This document shows positions 1 to 12,905 of a DNA stretch of 64,000 bases, piece after piece. The first letter of the stretch is position 1. Every line of letters begins with the position of its first letter. Source of the stretch: Mobula hypostoma (taxonomy: Eukaryota). The stretch covers positions 183,646,001-183,710,000 of the forward strand of contig NC_086097.1 in assembly GCF_963921235.1 (NCBI RefSeq), given 5' to 3'. Below the pieces are notes generated by a model that worked only from the letters and a program-made list of their open reading frames with translations, was not told the DNA's origin and did not search any database. The position numbers were made by a program, and so were the translations under genes.

Positions 1-2179
1 TACCAATTCTATCATTTGAAGGCAATCAAAAAATAATGGGAGGGCAGAGTAGAGGCAGGGATTGATGATTGCCCTATTTTGGCAGGCATACACACCATAT
101 ACTTAACGAAGCAAGGTGAACAAGTGTGTACAATATATATCCAGAATGTGGCACATTTGTCTTGGCTGGTTATTGGTGTGGGACTTCTGCTTCTTCATCT
201 TCTTGGCCCTCTTCAGCACATTCCTGATTGAAAAGAAATGAGTGACTGAAATATCACTTATTTAGCACTGCCATCCAGTCAGTTATCTCTAGTGTATGAC
301 GTCACTGCATCATCTCATCCTTGGTTTTGTTCATAAACTGAAGGACTTACACCTGCAAGCGACCACCTTGATTTGTCAACAATGGGCAGACAGGTAGGCT
401 TCGAGAGTCTTTATTGCTTTCCTCGTTCTGTAAATTCTGCAGCAGGTGTTCTTGCAATGGTGTGAGGCATTCACGTCAGTTTTTCCTCAAACAATTTAGA
501 AGATTTAAGCCCTATAATACATGGCCTGATTGCAGTCACCTTCCTGCAACTCTTCAATAACTCAGAGCCAATTAGTTTAGGTAAACCTTCTTTTTCAGCT
601 GTGGCTGTGTGTCGAACAAGAATCCATTCTTGTTCAGACACACCACCTGAGTCCTGTGACCAGCTAATAGCACTGCTTCAAGGGCAAACACATCACAACA
701 CCCTTCAATTCACATCAAATACCTTCCTCCTGAAAAAATGCATCTGTAGGCACGAAAGTCATTTAGCCAAAAATAAAGAGCAAAAGACTCTTTATTATAT
801 AATGTTTTGAGCTCTTCACCATAATGCACTGCATGCACCCATTTTGTCATTGCTTTGGGTCATCCTTGCTCAAAATTGGTTATTTATTCAAGGCCCTTTG
901 AAATTATCGAGTTGACACATCTGTCAGATTGCAAGAAGAGAAATGGTAAAAGGTCACTCGGAGAGATACCAGCTGCTACAGACAAACCTTTTTGCCTTCA
1001 AATAGCACAATCATTACAGTCTGACAGATGGGGCTTCCACTTTCCTTTCTATTGCTTCCCTTGACTCAGGTGATTAGATACAATACCTCATTGCCAGGTC
1101 AAGCTCTTCTGCAATTACCTGCACAATAAGGCACTCTGCTACTTGAGAATATAAATCATCTGTTTGGCAAAGGAGGACACTTTTGTCCTCACAATCGGAA
1201 TTTCTGTTCGTTCTTATGGGCTGGTAATAAATGTTTCTATCACTTTGGTGATTTCCAGCAGCTTACAGCAGCAGGCGAAAGTGTTGTATTTCACAGAGTC
1301 AAGATACTGTATTAATGAGATAGACTTCTGGCACACAGCCACTATAAGATTAACTACTTTAGGATTTATGTTTCATAAAGAATAACCTACAAATGTTTAA
1401 GTAAAGTTCTTTCTTTGAAGAAGGCCAATAACGTATTAGACAATCTATTTGTTCTTGTGACTTTATCAGGGTATTGAAGACTGACCTGAGACTCATGATG
1501 CCTATTCAAAAATCTATCGTAGACCGAGGAGGCTGATTCAGATCAAGGGATCGTAGTTATGGTGAAAGCTATAACGTAAGCCAATATTGTCAGCTACACC
1601 ATTATTACCTGATTAAAGCTTGTTTCTCAGGTATGAGAGTTTAATACAGAAATCACAAAGCTGCTGTCAGTTTCACTTTTCTTCTGTATTCTGCACTACT
1701 TTTGAGTTACCTCTGCCGTAATCAAGGAGAAGTGGTCACTTAGTGAGATATTCTGACAGCTGGAAAGGTGGGACATCAGGAGAGCTCGGACTTTTTTGGA
1801 AAAGTGTGGGAAGGCTGAAGGAACTGGACTAAGCATTGAATGCAACAATTTCAAATAATTAACTAGTCTGATAATTTGCAATTTCTAATTTCAGGTGATT
1901 TCAGATTTAGTTTCCTCCTACTTACACCTCTATAAATTATACTTTTTGTTAAACTCTATCACCTTGTATCAGCTGGTAGTACCATTGCCTGTGTTATTTA
2001 ACCCTCTTTGTTTTCTGTCCTATTGCAGAACTTTTTACATCTCTCAGAAAACTAAATCATATGTTACCTCTAACATTTCCCAATTTTGAAACATCATCAA
2101 CCCAAAACAATAATGCTATCTGCCCTGCTGATGATTACCCACATGTTCTACTTTATTAATGCCACAAATACTGCTCAGG

Positions 2180-2405
2180 CAATGCTGGAGGAACACAGTA
2201 AGTCAGGCACATCTATGGAAGGGAATAAACAGTTGATGTCTCGGGCTGAGACCCTTCATCAGGGTTCTGCCGAAGGGTCTCAGTCTGAGACATTGACTGT
2301 TTATTCCCTTCCATAGATGCGCCTAATTTACTGAGTTCCTCCAGCATTATGTGTGTGTTCCTCAAGATTTCCAGCATCAGCAGAATCTCTTGTGTTTATG
2401 ATTTG
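2180..2405 (+). mobile_element. Non-autonomous fold-back (palindromic) element derived from a Penelope-like terminal repeat
   Basis: Arms 2181-2262 and 2267-2348 are near-perfect reverse complements. The sequence matches the end of the Penelope-like fragment at 6914-7013. A 9-bp direct repeat CTGCTCAGG flanks it (2171-2179, 2406-2414). Confidence 0.8.
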
Positions 2406-3419
2406 CTGCTCAGGAAATACTCCATTTCCAATTTTTCATGTGCTTGATTTGTAATTTCCACAGGAAAATGTTTCAACATGTAATGGATTTAAAAAATATA
2501 TATTTTATTAATGGTGGATATTCAAAAAGAAACTACACAAACCAGGAGATTAACAGGTTAAGGAAAATTTGACTACTGATTCTGCAGGGTGGGGAGAGCA
2601 CAATTTATAATTTTGGCTAGAAGTTTATAGAGGTGAGTTTAGGACACAATCTTGCATGAAAATAAAAGCAGAAATACTCAAATTTCTTCTACAAATGGTG
2701 ATTGTGATTACGTCAATTGTTAGATTACATCTGAGATTATTGTTATCCTGATTATATGGTATTTAGAAATATGAAGAAAAGTAAGGTGTGCTCTCTCGCA
2801 TCAACCTTCATCTGATTGAATGGTAGAACAAGAGTTGAAATGGTCTAACATGTTTCCATTATTTATTTTGCATTGAAAATCATAATTCAAGGAGTCTGAA
2901 GGAATAATCAAATCCTGTTGACAACTCAGAGACATTTATGTAGATAACCTGTAGCCTAAAATCAGCTTACAGTGAGATATACACTGTGTTCTGTTTTGGC
3001 TTCTTAATTAGAATGCTAGAATCATACGTAAAAATAAAATTAATTTATCCCATTTAATACAAAGTTTAATTCAACAGATGCCGTAGATTTATCAATCCCA
3101 TTAATAACATGTTAATTCTGTGTTTGTAATCATTGCAAAATACAAATATTGTACATTTTAATAGAATTCTATGGAATATTTATGGTCTTTGCTTCACTTC
3201 AGCAGTGATACTGTATCAAGAATGCATAATGAATTAAATAAAAGAACAGGAAGGGGAAGCGGGGTGGCTAATATTGGGGCGGCCATTGTTGGGAGTAGGC
3301 CAGCAGTGGCAGTGGGAGCACCAGGCTTTGACTCAAGAGGCTTCGATGAGAGGAGGCTGAGGCCAAAGAAACAGGTGAGAAGATTTGGTCTTGGTTGCTC
3401 ATTGTACAGTGCGGGCAGG

Positions 3420-4450
3420 ATGGCAGATACAGCAGGGGAATGCTCCTCCTGTAGGATGTGGGAATTCACAGAACCTGATAGTCTTCCCGATGACTACACC
3501 TGCGGGAAGTGCAGCCAACTCCAGCTCCTGAAAGACCACATTAAGGAGCTGGAGCTGGAGCTGGATGATCTTAGGATCATCCAGGAGGCAGAGCAATTGG
3601 TAGATATGAGTTTTGAGCAGGTGGTTACACCCAGAGTGCAGAATTCATGGTTGAACGCTGAGAGAGGTAAAGGGAGAAGGAATTCAGTGCAGAGACCCCC
3701 TGTAGCCATTCCCCTCAGCAACAGGTTTGCTTTGGATACTGCTGTGGGGGATGACCTATCTGGGCAAGGCAATAGCAGCCAGGTCAATAGCACTGCAGTT
3801 GGCTCTGAGCCTCAGAAGGGAAGGGTGAAGACAAGCGAAGCAATAGTCATAGGGGACTCGATAGTTAGGGGGACAGATAGGAGATTCTGCGGCACCAAAA
3901 GATTCATCAGTATGGTGTGTTGCCTCCCGGGTGCTAGGGTCCAGGATGTCTCTGAGCGATTGCAGAATATTCTTGAAGGGGAGAGTGAGCAGCTGGAAGT
4001 CATGGTACATGTTGGTACCCATGACATAGGCAGGAGAGGGGTAGTAAGTTTAGGGAGTTAGGAAGGAGGCTGAAGAGTGGGACCTCCAAGGTGGTAATGT
4101 CCAGATTACTCCCAGTGCCATGAGCTAATGAAGGTCAGCTCAGATGGATGAGTGGCTGAGGAGATGGTGCAGGGAGCAGGGTTTCAAGTTCATGGATCAT
4201 TGGAACCTTTTCCGGGGAAGGGGTGACCTGTGCAATTGGGACAGGTTGCACCTGAACTGGAGGGGAACCAATATCCTGAGAGGGTTTGCTAATGCTATTG
4301 GGGAGGGTTTAAACTAGATTTGCAGGGGGATGGGAACCGAAGTGAAGAGTCGAGAACAGGGTGGTTGGCGCACAAATAGTGATAACTTGTGGGGAGTTTA
4401 TGAGGAAGGACGGGCAGATGATAGAGCAAAGAAGCACTCAGCCACATGGT
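3420..4450 (+). pseudogene. CR1 ORF1 (zinc-finger-like Cys motif, leucine zipper, SGNH/GDSL esterase), disrupted
   Basis: CSSCRMW..YTCGKC, LKDHIKELELELDDL, IVIGDSIVRG, CCLPGARV, VHVGTHD, and DRLHLN near 4240. Frame breaks after ~4040. Confidence 0.88.
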
Positions 4451-6977
4451 TTGAGATGTGTCTATATTAATGCAAGAAGTATCATGAGCAAGGCAGATGA
4501 ACTTAGACCGTGGATCAATATTTGGAACTATGATGTGGTGGCTGTTACAGAGCCTTGGATGACTCAGGGCCAGGAATGGCTGCTGAGTCTGCCAGGCCTT
4601 AGATGTTTCACAACGGACAGGGAGGGAGGCAGATGAGGTGGGGAGTGGCATTGCTGATCAAGGATGGTACCACAGCTGCAGAAAAGGAGGAAGTCATGGA
4701 GGGATTGTCCACTGAGTCATTGTAGGTGGAAGTCAGAAACAGGAAAGGGGGCAATGACTCTACTCAGTGCTTTTTATTGACCCCCAGATAGTAACAGAGA
4801 CATCGGTGAGCAGATAGGGAGTAGATTCTGGAACAGTACAATAATAACAGGATGATTGTGATGGGTGATTTTAACTTTCCTAATATTGAATGGCATCTCC
4901 TTAGAGCAAGGGTTTTAGATAGGGTGGGTTTGTTAGGTGTGTTCAGGAACAGAGGTGGTACTTGATCTGGTATTGGGAAATGAACCTGGTCAGGTGTCAG
5001 ATCTCTTGGTGGGAGAGTACTTTGGAGGTAGTGATCTCCTTTACCATAACGATGGAGAGGGAAAGGAGCAGACAATTTTGGAAAACATTTAATTGGAATA
5101 GGTGGAAATATGATGCTATTAGGTAGAAACATAGGACCATAAATTGGGAGCAGATGTTCTCAGGGAAATGCACAGCAGAAATGTGGCAAATATTTAGGGA
5201 ACATTTGCATGGCATTCTGCATAGGTATGTTCCATTGAGGCAGGGAAAGGATGGTAGGGTAAAAGAACCATGGTATAGAAAGGGTGTAGAAAATCTAGTT
5301 AAGAAAAAAAGTAAAGCTTATGAACAGTTCAAGAAACTAGGCACTGTTAGAACTCTAGAGGTTTACATGGGTGCCAGGAAGGAGCTCAAGAATGAAATTA
5401 GGAGAGCTAGAAGGGGCCATGAGAAGGCCTTGGTGAGCAGGATTAAGGAAAACCCCAAGGCATTCTACAAGTATGTGAAGAGCAGGAGGATGAGCCATGC
5501 GAGAATAGAACCAATCAGGAGTGAGAGAGGAAACATGTGCTTGGAGCCAGAGGTGGCAGCGGAGGTACTTAATGAATACTTTGCTTCAGTATTCACCAGT
5601 GAAAAGGACCTTGGCAATTGTGGGGATGACTTACAGCGGACCAAAATGCTTGAGCATATAGACATTAAGAAAGAGGATTGCTGGAGCATTTGAAAGATCT
5701 TAGGCTAGATAGGTTGCTAGAACTAAATGAGATGTACCCCAGGCTACTGTGAGAAGCGAGGGAAGAGATTGCTGAGCCTCTGGCAATGATCTTTGCATTG
5801 TCAATAGGCATGGGAGAAGTACCAGAGGATTGGAAGTTTCAAGAAAGGGAGTAGAGATAACCCAGGAATTATAGGTCAGTGATTCTTATTTCATTACTTA
5901 TGATCAGGAATAGTCAGCATGGCTTTGTCAAAGGCAGGTTTTGCCTTATGAGCCTGAGTGAATTTTTTGAGGATGTGACTAAACACATTGACGAAGGAAG
6001 AGCAGTAAATGTAGTGTATATGGATTTCAGCAAAGCATTTTATAAGATACCCCATGCAAGGCTTATTGAGAAAGTAAGGAGGCATGGGATCCAAGGGACC
6101 TTGCTTTGTGCATCCAGAATTGACTTGCCCACAGAAGGCAAAGAGTGGTTGTAGATGGGTCATATTCTGAATGGATGTCAGTGACCAGTGGTGTGCCTCA
6201 GGGATCTGTTCTGGGACCCCTTCTCTTTGTGATTTTTATAAATGACCTGGATGAGGAAGTGAAGGGATGGTTTAGTAAACTTGCTGATGACACAAGGGTT
6301 CAGGGTGTTGTGGATAGTGTGGAGGGCTGTCAGAGGTTACAACGGGACATTGATAGGATGCAAAACTAGGCTGAGAAGTGGCAGATGGAGTTCAACCCAG
6401 ATAAGTGTGAGGTGATTCCTTTTGGTAGGTCAAATATTATGGCAGAATATAGCATTGATGGTAAGACTCTTGGCAGTGTGGATCAGAGGGATCTTGAGAT
6501 CCGAATCCATAGGACACTCAAAGCTGCTGCGCAGGTTGACTCTGTGGTTAAGAAGGCACACGGTGCATTGGCCTTCATCAACTGTGGGAATGAATTTAAG
6601 AACCAAGAGGTAATGTTACAGCTATAATGTTACACTGGTCAGATCCCACTTGGAGAACTGTGCTCAGTTTTGGTTACCTCATTACAGGAAGGATGTGGGA
6701 ACTATAGAAAGGGTGCAGAGGAGATTTACAAGAATGTTGCCTGGATTGGGGAGCATGCATTATGAGAACAGGTTGAGTGAATTTGGCCTTTCCTCCTAGG
6801 AGCGACAAGGGATGAGAGGTGACCTGATAGGGGTGTATAAGATGATGAGAGGCATTGATCATGTGGATAACTAGAGGCTTTTTTCCAGGGCTGAAGTGGC
6901 TAATATGAGGGGGAGCAACACACATAAAAGTTGCTGGTGAACGCAGCAGGCCAGGCAGCATCTCTACGAAGAGGTAC

Positions 6978-7013
6978 ATTTGATGTTTCGGGCCGAGACC
7001 CTTCGTCAGGACT
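6978..7013 (-). ncRNA. Minimal type I hammerhead ribozyme motif, partly decayed
   Basis: Minus strand reads AGTC-CTGACGA-A-GGG-TCTCGG-CCC-GAAA-CATC-AAAT. The CUGANGA and GAAA cores and stem II are intact; stems I and III are mutated relative to the copy at 50046-50084 (GAAACGTCGACT). Confidence 0.65.
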
Positions 7014-7313
7014 AACTGAAAGAAGAACTAGTAAGAGATTTGAAAGTGAGAGGGGGAAGGGGGAGATCCAAAATGATAGGAGAAGACAGGAGGGGGAGGG
7101 ATGGAGCCAAGAGCTGGACAGTTGATTGGCAAAAGGGATATGAGAGGATCATGGGACAGGAGGCCTAGGGAGAAAGAAAAGGGGGAGGGGGGGAAAACCC
7201 AGAGGATGGGCAAGGGGTATAGTGAGAGGGACAGAGGGAGAAAAAGGAGAGAGAGAGAGAGAACGTGTGTATATAAATAAATAACGGATGGGGTACGAGG
7301 GGGAGGTGGGGCA

Positions 7314-7640
7314 TTAGCAGAAGTTTGAGAAGTCAATGTTCATGCCATCAGGTTGGAGGCTACCCAGACGGAATATAAGGTGTGGTTCCTCCAACCTGAG
7401 TGTGGTTTCATCTTTACTGTAGAGGAGGACGTGGATAGACATATCAGAATGGGAATGGGACGTGGAATTAAAATATGAGGCCACTGGGAGATCCTGCTTT
7501 CTCTGGCGGACAGAGCGTAGGTGTTCAGCAAAATGATCTCCCAGTCTGCGTCGGGTCTCGCTAATATATAGAAGGTTGCACTGGGAGCACCAGACGCAGT
7601 ATATCACCCCAGCCGACTCACAGGTGAAGTGACGCCTCAC
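7314..7640 (-). pseudogene. Penelope-type GIY-YIG endonuclease domain (C-terminal fragment)
   Basis: FTCESAGVIYCVWCSQCNLLYISETRRRLGDHFAEH...PVASYFN...RLEEPHLIFRLGSLQPDGMN matches the VIY..C..C..YIGET..R..EH..E..I..L....P.G.N pattern of Penelope-like endonucleases. The upstream RT is absent. Confidence 0.85.
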
Positions 7641-8499
7641 CTGGAAGGACTGTCTGGGGCCCTGAATGGTGGTAAGGGAGGAAGTGTAAGGGCATGTGTA
7701 GCACTTGTTCCGCTTACAAGGATAAGTGCCAGGAGGGAGGTCGGTGGGGAGGGATGGGGGGGACGAATGGACAAGGGAGTTGGGTAGGGAGCGATCCCTG
7801 CAGAAAGCAGGGCGGGGTAGAGAAAGATGTGCTTAGTGGTGGGATCCTGTTGGAGGTGGTGGAAGTTACGGAGAATTATATGTTGGACCCGGAGGCTGGT
7901 GGGGTGGTAGGTGAGGACCAGGGGAACCCTATTCCTAGTGGGGTGGTGGGAGGATGGAGTGAGAGCAGATGTGCGTGAAATGGGGGAGATGCGTTTGACA
8001 GCAGAGTTGATGGTGGAGGCATTGTTTTAAGGTGCTTGGAATTAGGTACATGAGGGATGTCAGAGGCAAGTTTTTCACACAGAGAGTGGTAGGTGCATGG
8101 AATACACTACCGGCGATGGTGGTGGAGGCGGATACAATAGGGTCTTTTAAGAGTCTTTAGACAGGTACATGGAGCTTAGAAAAACAGAGGGCTATTCGGT
8201 AGGGAAATTCTAGACAGTTTCTAGAGTAGGTTACATGGTCGGCACAACATTGTGGGCGGAAGGGCCTGTAATGTGCTGTAGATTTTCTATGTTCTATGTT
8301 GTAGCTGAGGGCTCTGACATCAATGCTAACATGCAGTGCACTACATGTAGGTGGCAGAAGTAATGCTGTCCCAGCAGTGCCGTGTGTTGTTCTCTGACAT
8401 CTCAGAAACAGAATCAGGTTAATTTTCACTGCCTTGTGTGATGTTTAGCAGCAGCAGTGCAGTGCAAAACTACGAAACTACCACAAATTACATAATACA

Positions 8500-9963
8500 C
8501 TCATGTCTATGTAGCTAGGCACAGCTCAGATGCCATCTATGAGCTAGCCAATGACATCAATTTTGTTAGCAGAACCTCATATGGTAATGAGGATGCATAC
8601 AGAAGTGAGATAGATTGGCTGGTTGCATTCATCGTGAGCAAGACCAAGGAATTGATCGTGGACTTCAGGAAGGGGAAGTTGGGAGAAGACACACCAATCC
8701 TCATTAGGAGGTCATCAGTGGAATGGGAGAGCAGCTTCAAATTCCTGGTCTCAAACCCATGGAGGAGCATATTGCCTTCAGGAGAAATGTATTTCTTCTC
8801 CACTCACTCATCATCAACAACTCTACAGTTCGCAGTTTCAACATTCAGGTTCCTGGGCATCATTATCTCGCAGGACCTCATGTGGGAGAACCATATCTGC
8901 TACATTAACAAAAAAGCTCAGCAGAAAATGTACTACTTGTGGCAGTTGGTAAAATGTCACCTTCCCCAGAACAGACTGGTGCAATTCTACACTGCCATCA
9001 CAGAGAGCATCCTCACATCAGCCATTAGTGTCCGGTTTGGTGCAGCAGCCTTTTACAATACACAAAAACTACAGTAAATTTTCAGGACAGCAGAAAATGC
9101 TTTTGGCTTCAGTCTATCATCTATGCAGAATTTATATGTGTCCAAGAGAAAAAAGTGGGCAGGAAAAGTTATTGTGGACACTGCCAGCCAGCAAACTGCA
9201 TTTTCCAAAAGCTCTCTTCAGGAAAGGGCTATAGGCCACTTAAACAAACACTTTACACTATTTTAAAAGTTTCTTCTTCTAGGTAGGTCAACTATTTAGA
9301 CCCCTCCGATCCCGCTTTCTATTACCTCAATATCTGCAAAATAAGTACTTTAAACTGCTTTTTATATTACTGTTTACGTTATAAATAGGTGATGGTATAT
9401 ATGCACTTTTTATTCCCTATAGCCACTCTTCTAAATTTATTTTTATATAATTGTTATATTTTTATATAATTGTTGAATGTTATTTATTGTTGCATGTCCC
9501 GCCAACGCACCACAGCAAATTCCTAATACATATAAATGTATTTGGTGAATAAGATTGATCCTTGTCAACATGTCCTGGGCCCAACATATTGATGTACGGA
9601 TCAAAAGAGGCTGCTAAGGGTTGTAGACTCAACCAGCTCCGTCAGTACAACTCAACTCAACCAGTACAAGCCACCGCACCAGCAAGGACATCTCCAACAA
9701 GCAGTGCCTCAGGAAAGCATCACCCATCATTAAGGGCTCTCGCTATCCAGGACATGCCTCTTCTCAGTATGATCATCAGGAAGTGGGTACAGGAGCCTGA
9801 AGATATACTCTCCAGGCTTTAGGGTTTCTGAACGGTCCACAAACCCATGAACACTATCTCACTACACCTCTTTGGCAAGTTTATTTAATTTATTTTTTAG
9901 TGTAACTTAGAGTAATTTTTATGTCTTACACAGTACAGCTGTTACAATACGACAAATGTCACA
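8500..9963 (+). mobile_element. Rex1/Babar-type LINE 3' fragment with a second Rex1/Babar fragment nested at ~8749-9562
   Basis: SKTKELIVDFRK..SSFKFL breaks at 8748 and resumes at TGTCAACATGTCCTGGGCCCAAC (~9563). The inner copy has FRFLGIIISQDL..KKAQQKMYYL..FYTAITESILT and its own tail. The outer tail (GATTCTGATTCTGA) reappears at ~12421-12453, after the CR1 insertion. Confidence 0.7.
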
Positions 9964-12410
9964 AATTACAACAGGAGTTAGAAAATGCATGCCAAAAGGG
10001 CAATGTTACAATAGTTCATGGGGGATTTCAATATGCAGACAGACTGGGAAAATTAGGTTGGTGCTGGATTACAGGAGGGAAATTTCTGGAGTGCCTGTGA
10101 GATGGCTTTTTAGAGCAGTTTGTGGTTGAGCCTACTAGAGGATCAGCTATTCTGGATTGGGCATTGTGCAACAAATCAGAATTGATTACAGAGCTTAAGG
10201 TAAAAGAACCCTTAGGGGTGAATGATCATAATATGTTTAAATTCACCGTGAAATTTGAGAAGGAGAAGCTAAAATCTGATGTGTCGGTACTATGGTGAAG
10301 TAAAGGGAATTACAGAGGCATGAGAGAGGAGCTGGCCATAATTGAATGGAAAAGTACACTGTCAGGGATGACAGCTGAACAACAATGGCTGGAATTTCTG
10401 GAAGGGATTTGGAAGGCATAGGTATATACATCCCAAAGAGGAGGAAGTATTCTAAAGGAATGATGACACAACCATGGCTAACAAGAGAAGTCACAGCCAA
10501 CATAAAAGCCAAAGAGAAGACATATAATAGAGCAAAGATTAGTGGGAAGTTGAAGGATTGAGAAGCTTTTTTAAAGCTAACAGAAGGCAACTAAAAAATT
10601 CATTAAGAAGGTAGAGATAATACAAAAGTAAGCTAGCCAATAATTTAAAGTAGCTAACAAAACTTTCTTCAGATACATAAAGTGTAAAAGAGAGGTGAGA
10701 GTGGATATTGGCTTATTAGAAAACGATGCTGGAGAGGTAGTAATGAGGGACAACAAAATAGCAGATGAACTGAAAAAGTATTCTGCATCAGTCTTCACTA
10801 GCAGTATGTGAAGGTTTCCAGGTGACAGGAAGCATGAAGTTTGTGAAGTTACCATAACTAGAGAGAAGGTTCTTAGGAAATTGAAAGGTCTGAAGATAGA
10901 TACGTCACCTGGACCAGATGGTATACACCCCAGGATTCTGAAAGAGGTGGCTGAAGAGACTGTGGAGGAATTAGTAATGATCTTCCCAGAAAACTGGAAA
11001 ATTGCAAATGTCACTCCACTCTTCAAGAAGGGAGAGAGGCAAAAGGAAGGAAATTATAGGCCAGTTAGTCTGACCTCAGTGGTTGAGAAGATGTTGGATT
11101 CGATTATTAAGAATGAGGTCTCAGGGTACTTGGAGGAACATGATAAAATAGGTCATATTCAGCATAGTTTCCTCAAGGGAAAACCTTGCCTGACAAATCT
11201 GTTGGAATTCTTTGAAGAAGTAACAAGTAGGATAGACAAAGGAGAATTGGTTGATGTTGTGTACTTAGATTTTTAGAAGACCTTTGACAAGATGCCACAC
11301 ATGAGGCTGCTTAGCAAGCTATGAGGCCGTGGTATTACAGCAAAGATTCTAGCATGGATAAAGCAGTGGCTGACTGGCAGTGAGTGGGAATAAAGGGAGC
11401 CTTTTCTGACTGGCTGCCAGTGACTAGTGGTGGTCTACAGGGGTCTGTGTTGGGACTGATTCTTTTTACGTTATACATCAATGATTTGGATGATGGAATT
11501 GAAGGCTTTATTGCAAAGTTTGCAGACAATACGAAGATAGCTGGAGGGGCAGGTAGTTTTGAGGAAGTAGAAAGGTTACAGAGGGACTTAGACGGATTAG
11601 GAGAATGGGCAAAGAAATGGCAGATGGAATACAGTGTCAGGAGATGTATGACCATGCACGTTGGTAGAAAAATAAAAAGGTTGTCTATTTTCTGAATGGG
11701 GAGAAAATACAAAAAACTGAGATGCAAGGGGACTTGAGAGTCCTTGTGCAGGATTCCCGAAAGGTTAATTCGCAGGAGAGGATAGAAAATGCAATGTTAG
11801 CATTCAATTCAAGGGGGCTAGAATATAAAAGCAAGGATGTAATGTTGAAAGTTTATAAAGCATTGGTGAGGCGACACTTGAAATATTGTGAGCATGTTTA
11901 GGGCCCTTATCTTAGAAAAGATGTATTGAAACTGGAGTGGGTTCAAAGGAAGCTCATGAAAATGATTCCAGGATTGAATGACTTGTCATATGAAGAGTGC
12001 CTGATGGCTCTGGGCCTGTATTCACTAGAATTCAGAAGAATGAGGTGTAACTTAATTGAAACCTATTGAGTGGTGAAAGGTATTGATGGAGTGGATGTGG
12101 GGAGGATGCTTCCCATGGTGGGAAAGTCTAAGACCAGAACACACAGCCTCAGAATAGAGGGGCATCCTTTTAGAATAGAGATGAGGAGGAATTTCTTTAG
12201 CCAGTGAGTGGTGAATCTGTGGAATTCTTTGCCACAGGCAGCTGTGGAGGTCAAGTCTTTAGGTATATTGGAGACAAAGGTTAATAGATTCTTGATTAGT
12301 CAGGGCATGAAGGGATACAGCGAGAAGGCAGAATATTGGGGTTGAGAGTAAGATTGGATCAGCCATGATGAAATAATGGAGCAGACTTGGGCCAAATGCC
12401 TTATGTCTTA
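9964..12410 (+). mobile_element. 5'-truncated CR1 LINE (second subfamily), decayed ORF2
   Basis: MGDFN, SPGPDGIHPRILKE, NYRPVSLTS, QGSVLGLILF, FADNT, SRTRTHSLRIEG and a CR1-type 3' end. Confidence 0.9.
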
Positions 12411-12704
12411 CAATCTAATGATCTGTTAGTGATAAGAAAGATTCTGATTCTGAAATAAGTAAGGTGAAAAAAAAATCAAAGTAGTATCATGGGTTCATGG
12501 AAGAAACTATTTCTGAATAATTGAGTCAGGTCTTCAAGCTGCTGTACCTCCTTCCTGGTGGTAGTAACGAAAAGAGGGCATGTCTCAGATGGTGAGATGT
12601 TGGATGCTGCCTTTCATTTCAATTTTCCTCACTTTCATATGACTGTTTTTAATTGTTTAAGGTCAATTTATTGTCACATTCTATCCTCTGCTCCTTCTCT
12701 ATAG

Positions 12705-12905
12705 AGAGATTAAGTCATACAGACCCTTCAAGGCCCTGAGACCTAACCAACCAATGAGCATCTATTTCATTCCTCCCATATTCCTTTACCTACACAGTGG
12801 CCAATTAGCCTATAATCCTGAGCATTGTTGGGAAGTACACGACACTGGAGAATCTGAAGCAAGCCATGTGGTCGTAGAGATAACACACAAACCACGCAGA
12901 CAGTG
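12705..12905 (-). mobile_element. Degenerate SINE fragment (V-SINE/HE1-like core)
   Basis: Resembles the core of the better-preserved SINE at 53130-53463; heavily diverged. Confidence 0.4.

Larger units (their letters stand above)
6914..8017 (-). mobile_element. 5'-truncated Penelope-like retroelement (GIY-YIG end plus terminal repeat)
   Basis: Interrupts CR1. Encodes a GIY-YIG-like domain on the minus strand, followed by a pyrimidine-rich 3' region and a hammerhead-bearing terminus. Confidence 0.85.
4451..8170 (+). pseudogene. CR1 ORF2 (APE endonuclease + reverse transcriptase), many stops and frameshifts
   Basis: LRCVYINARSI, VAVTEPW, MGDFNF, QHGFVKGR, YMDFSKAF, GVPQGSVLGPLLF, LADDT, MEFNPDKC. 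Confidence 0.9.
3245..8300 (+). mobile_element. Near full-length CR1 LINE, decayed, interrupted by a Penelope-like insertion at 6914-8017
   Basis: 5'UTR, ORF1 (Cys motif, coiled coil, SGNH esterase), ORF2 (APE endonuclease, RT) and a (TTCTATG)n-type tail ending at ~8300. CR1 sequence breaks at ...TATGAGGGGG (6913) and resumes at GGCATTGTTTTAAGGTGC (8018). Confidence 0.92.

Noticed and set aside
170..700. Possible minus-strand host exons (ECAEEGQEDEEAEVPHQ-stop at 170-223, donor-like site at 350) or an ancient Myb/Harbinger remnant
   Set aside because: Upstream frames contain stops, no consistent exon chain can be built and the peptides match no family I can name.
3171..3419. N-terminal extension of the 296-aa ORF
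   Set aside because: Read-through of flank and CR1 5'UTR; the CR1 ORF1 homology starts at the ATG at 3420.
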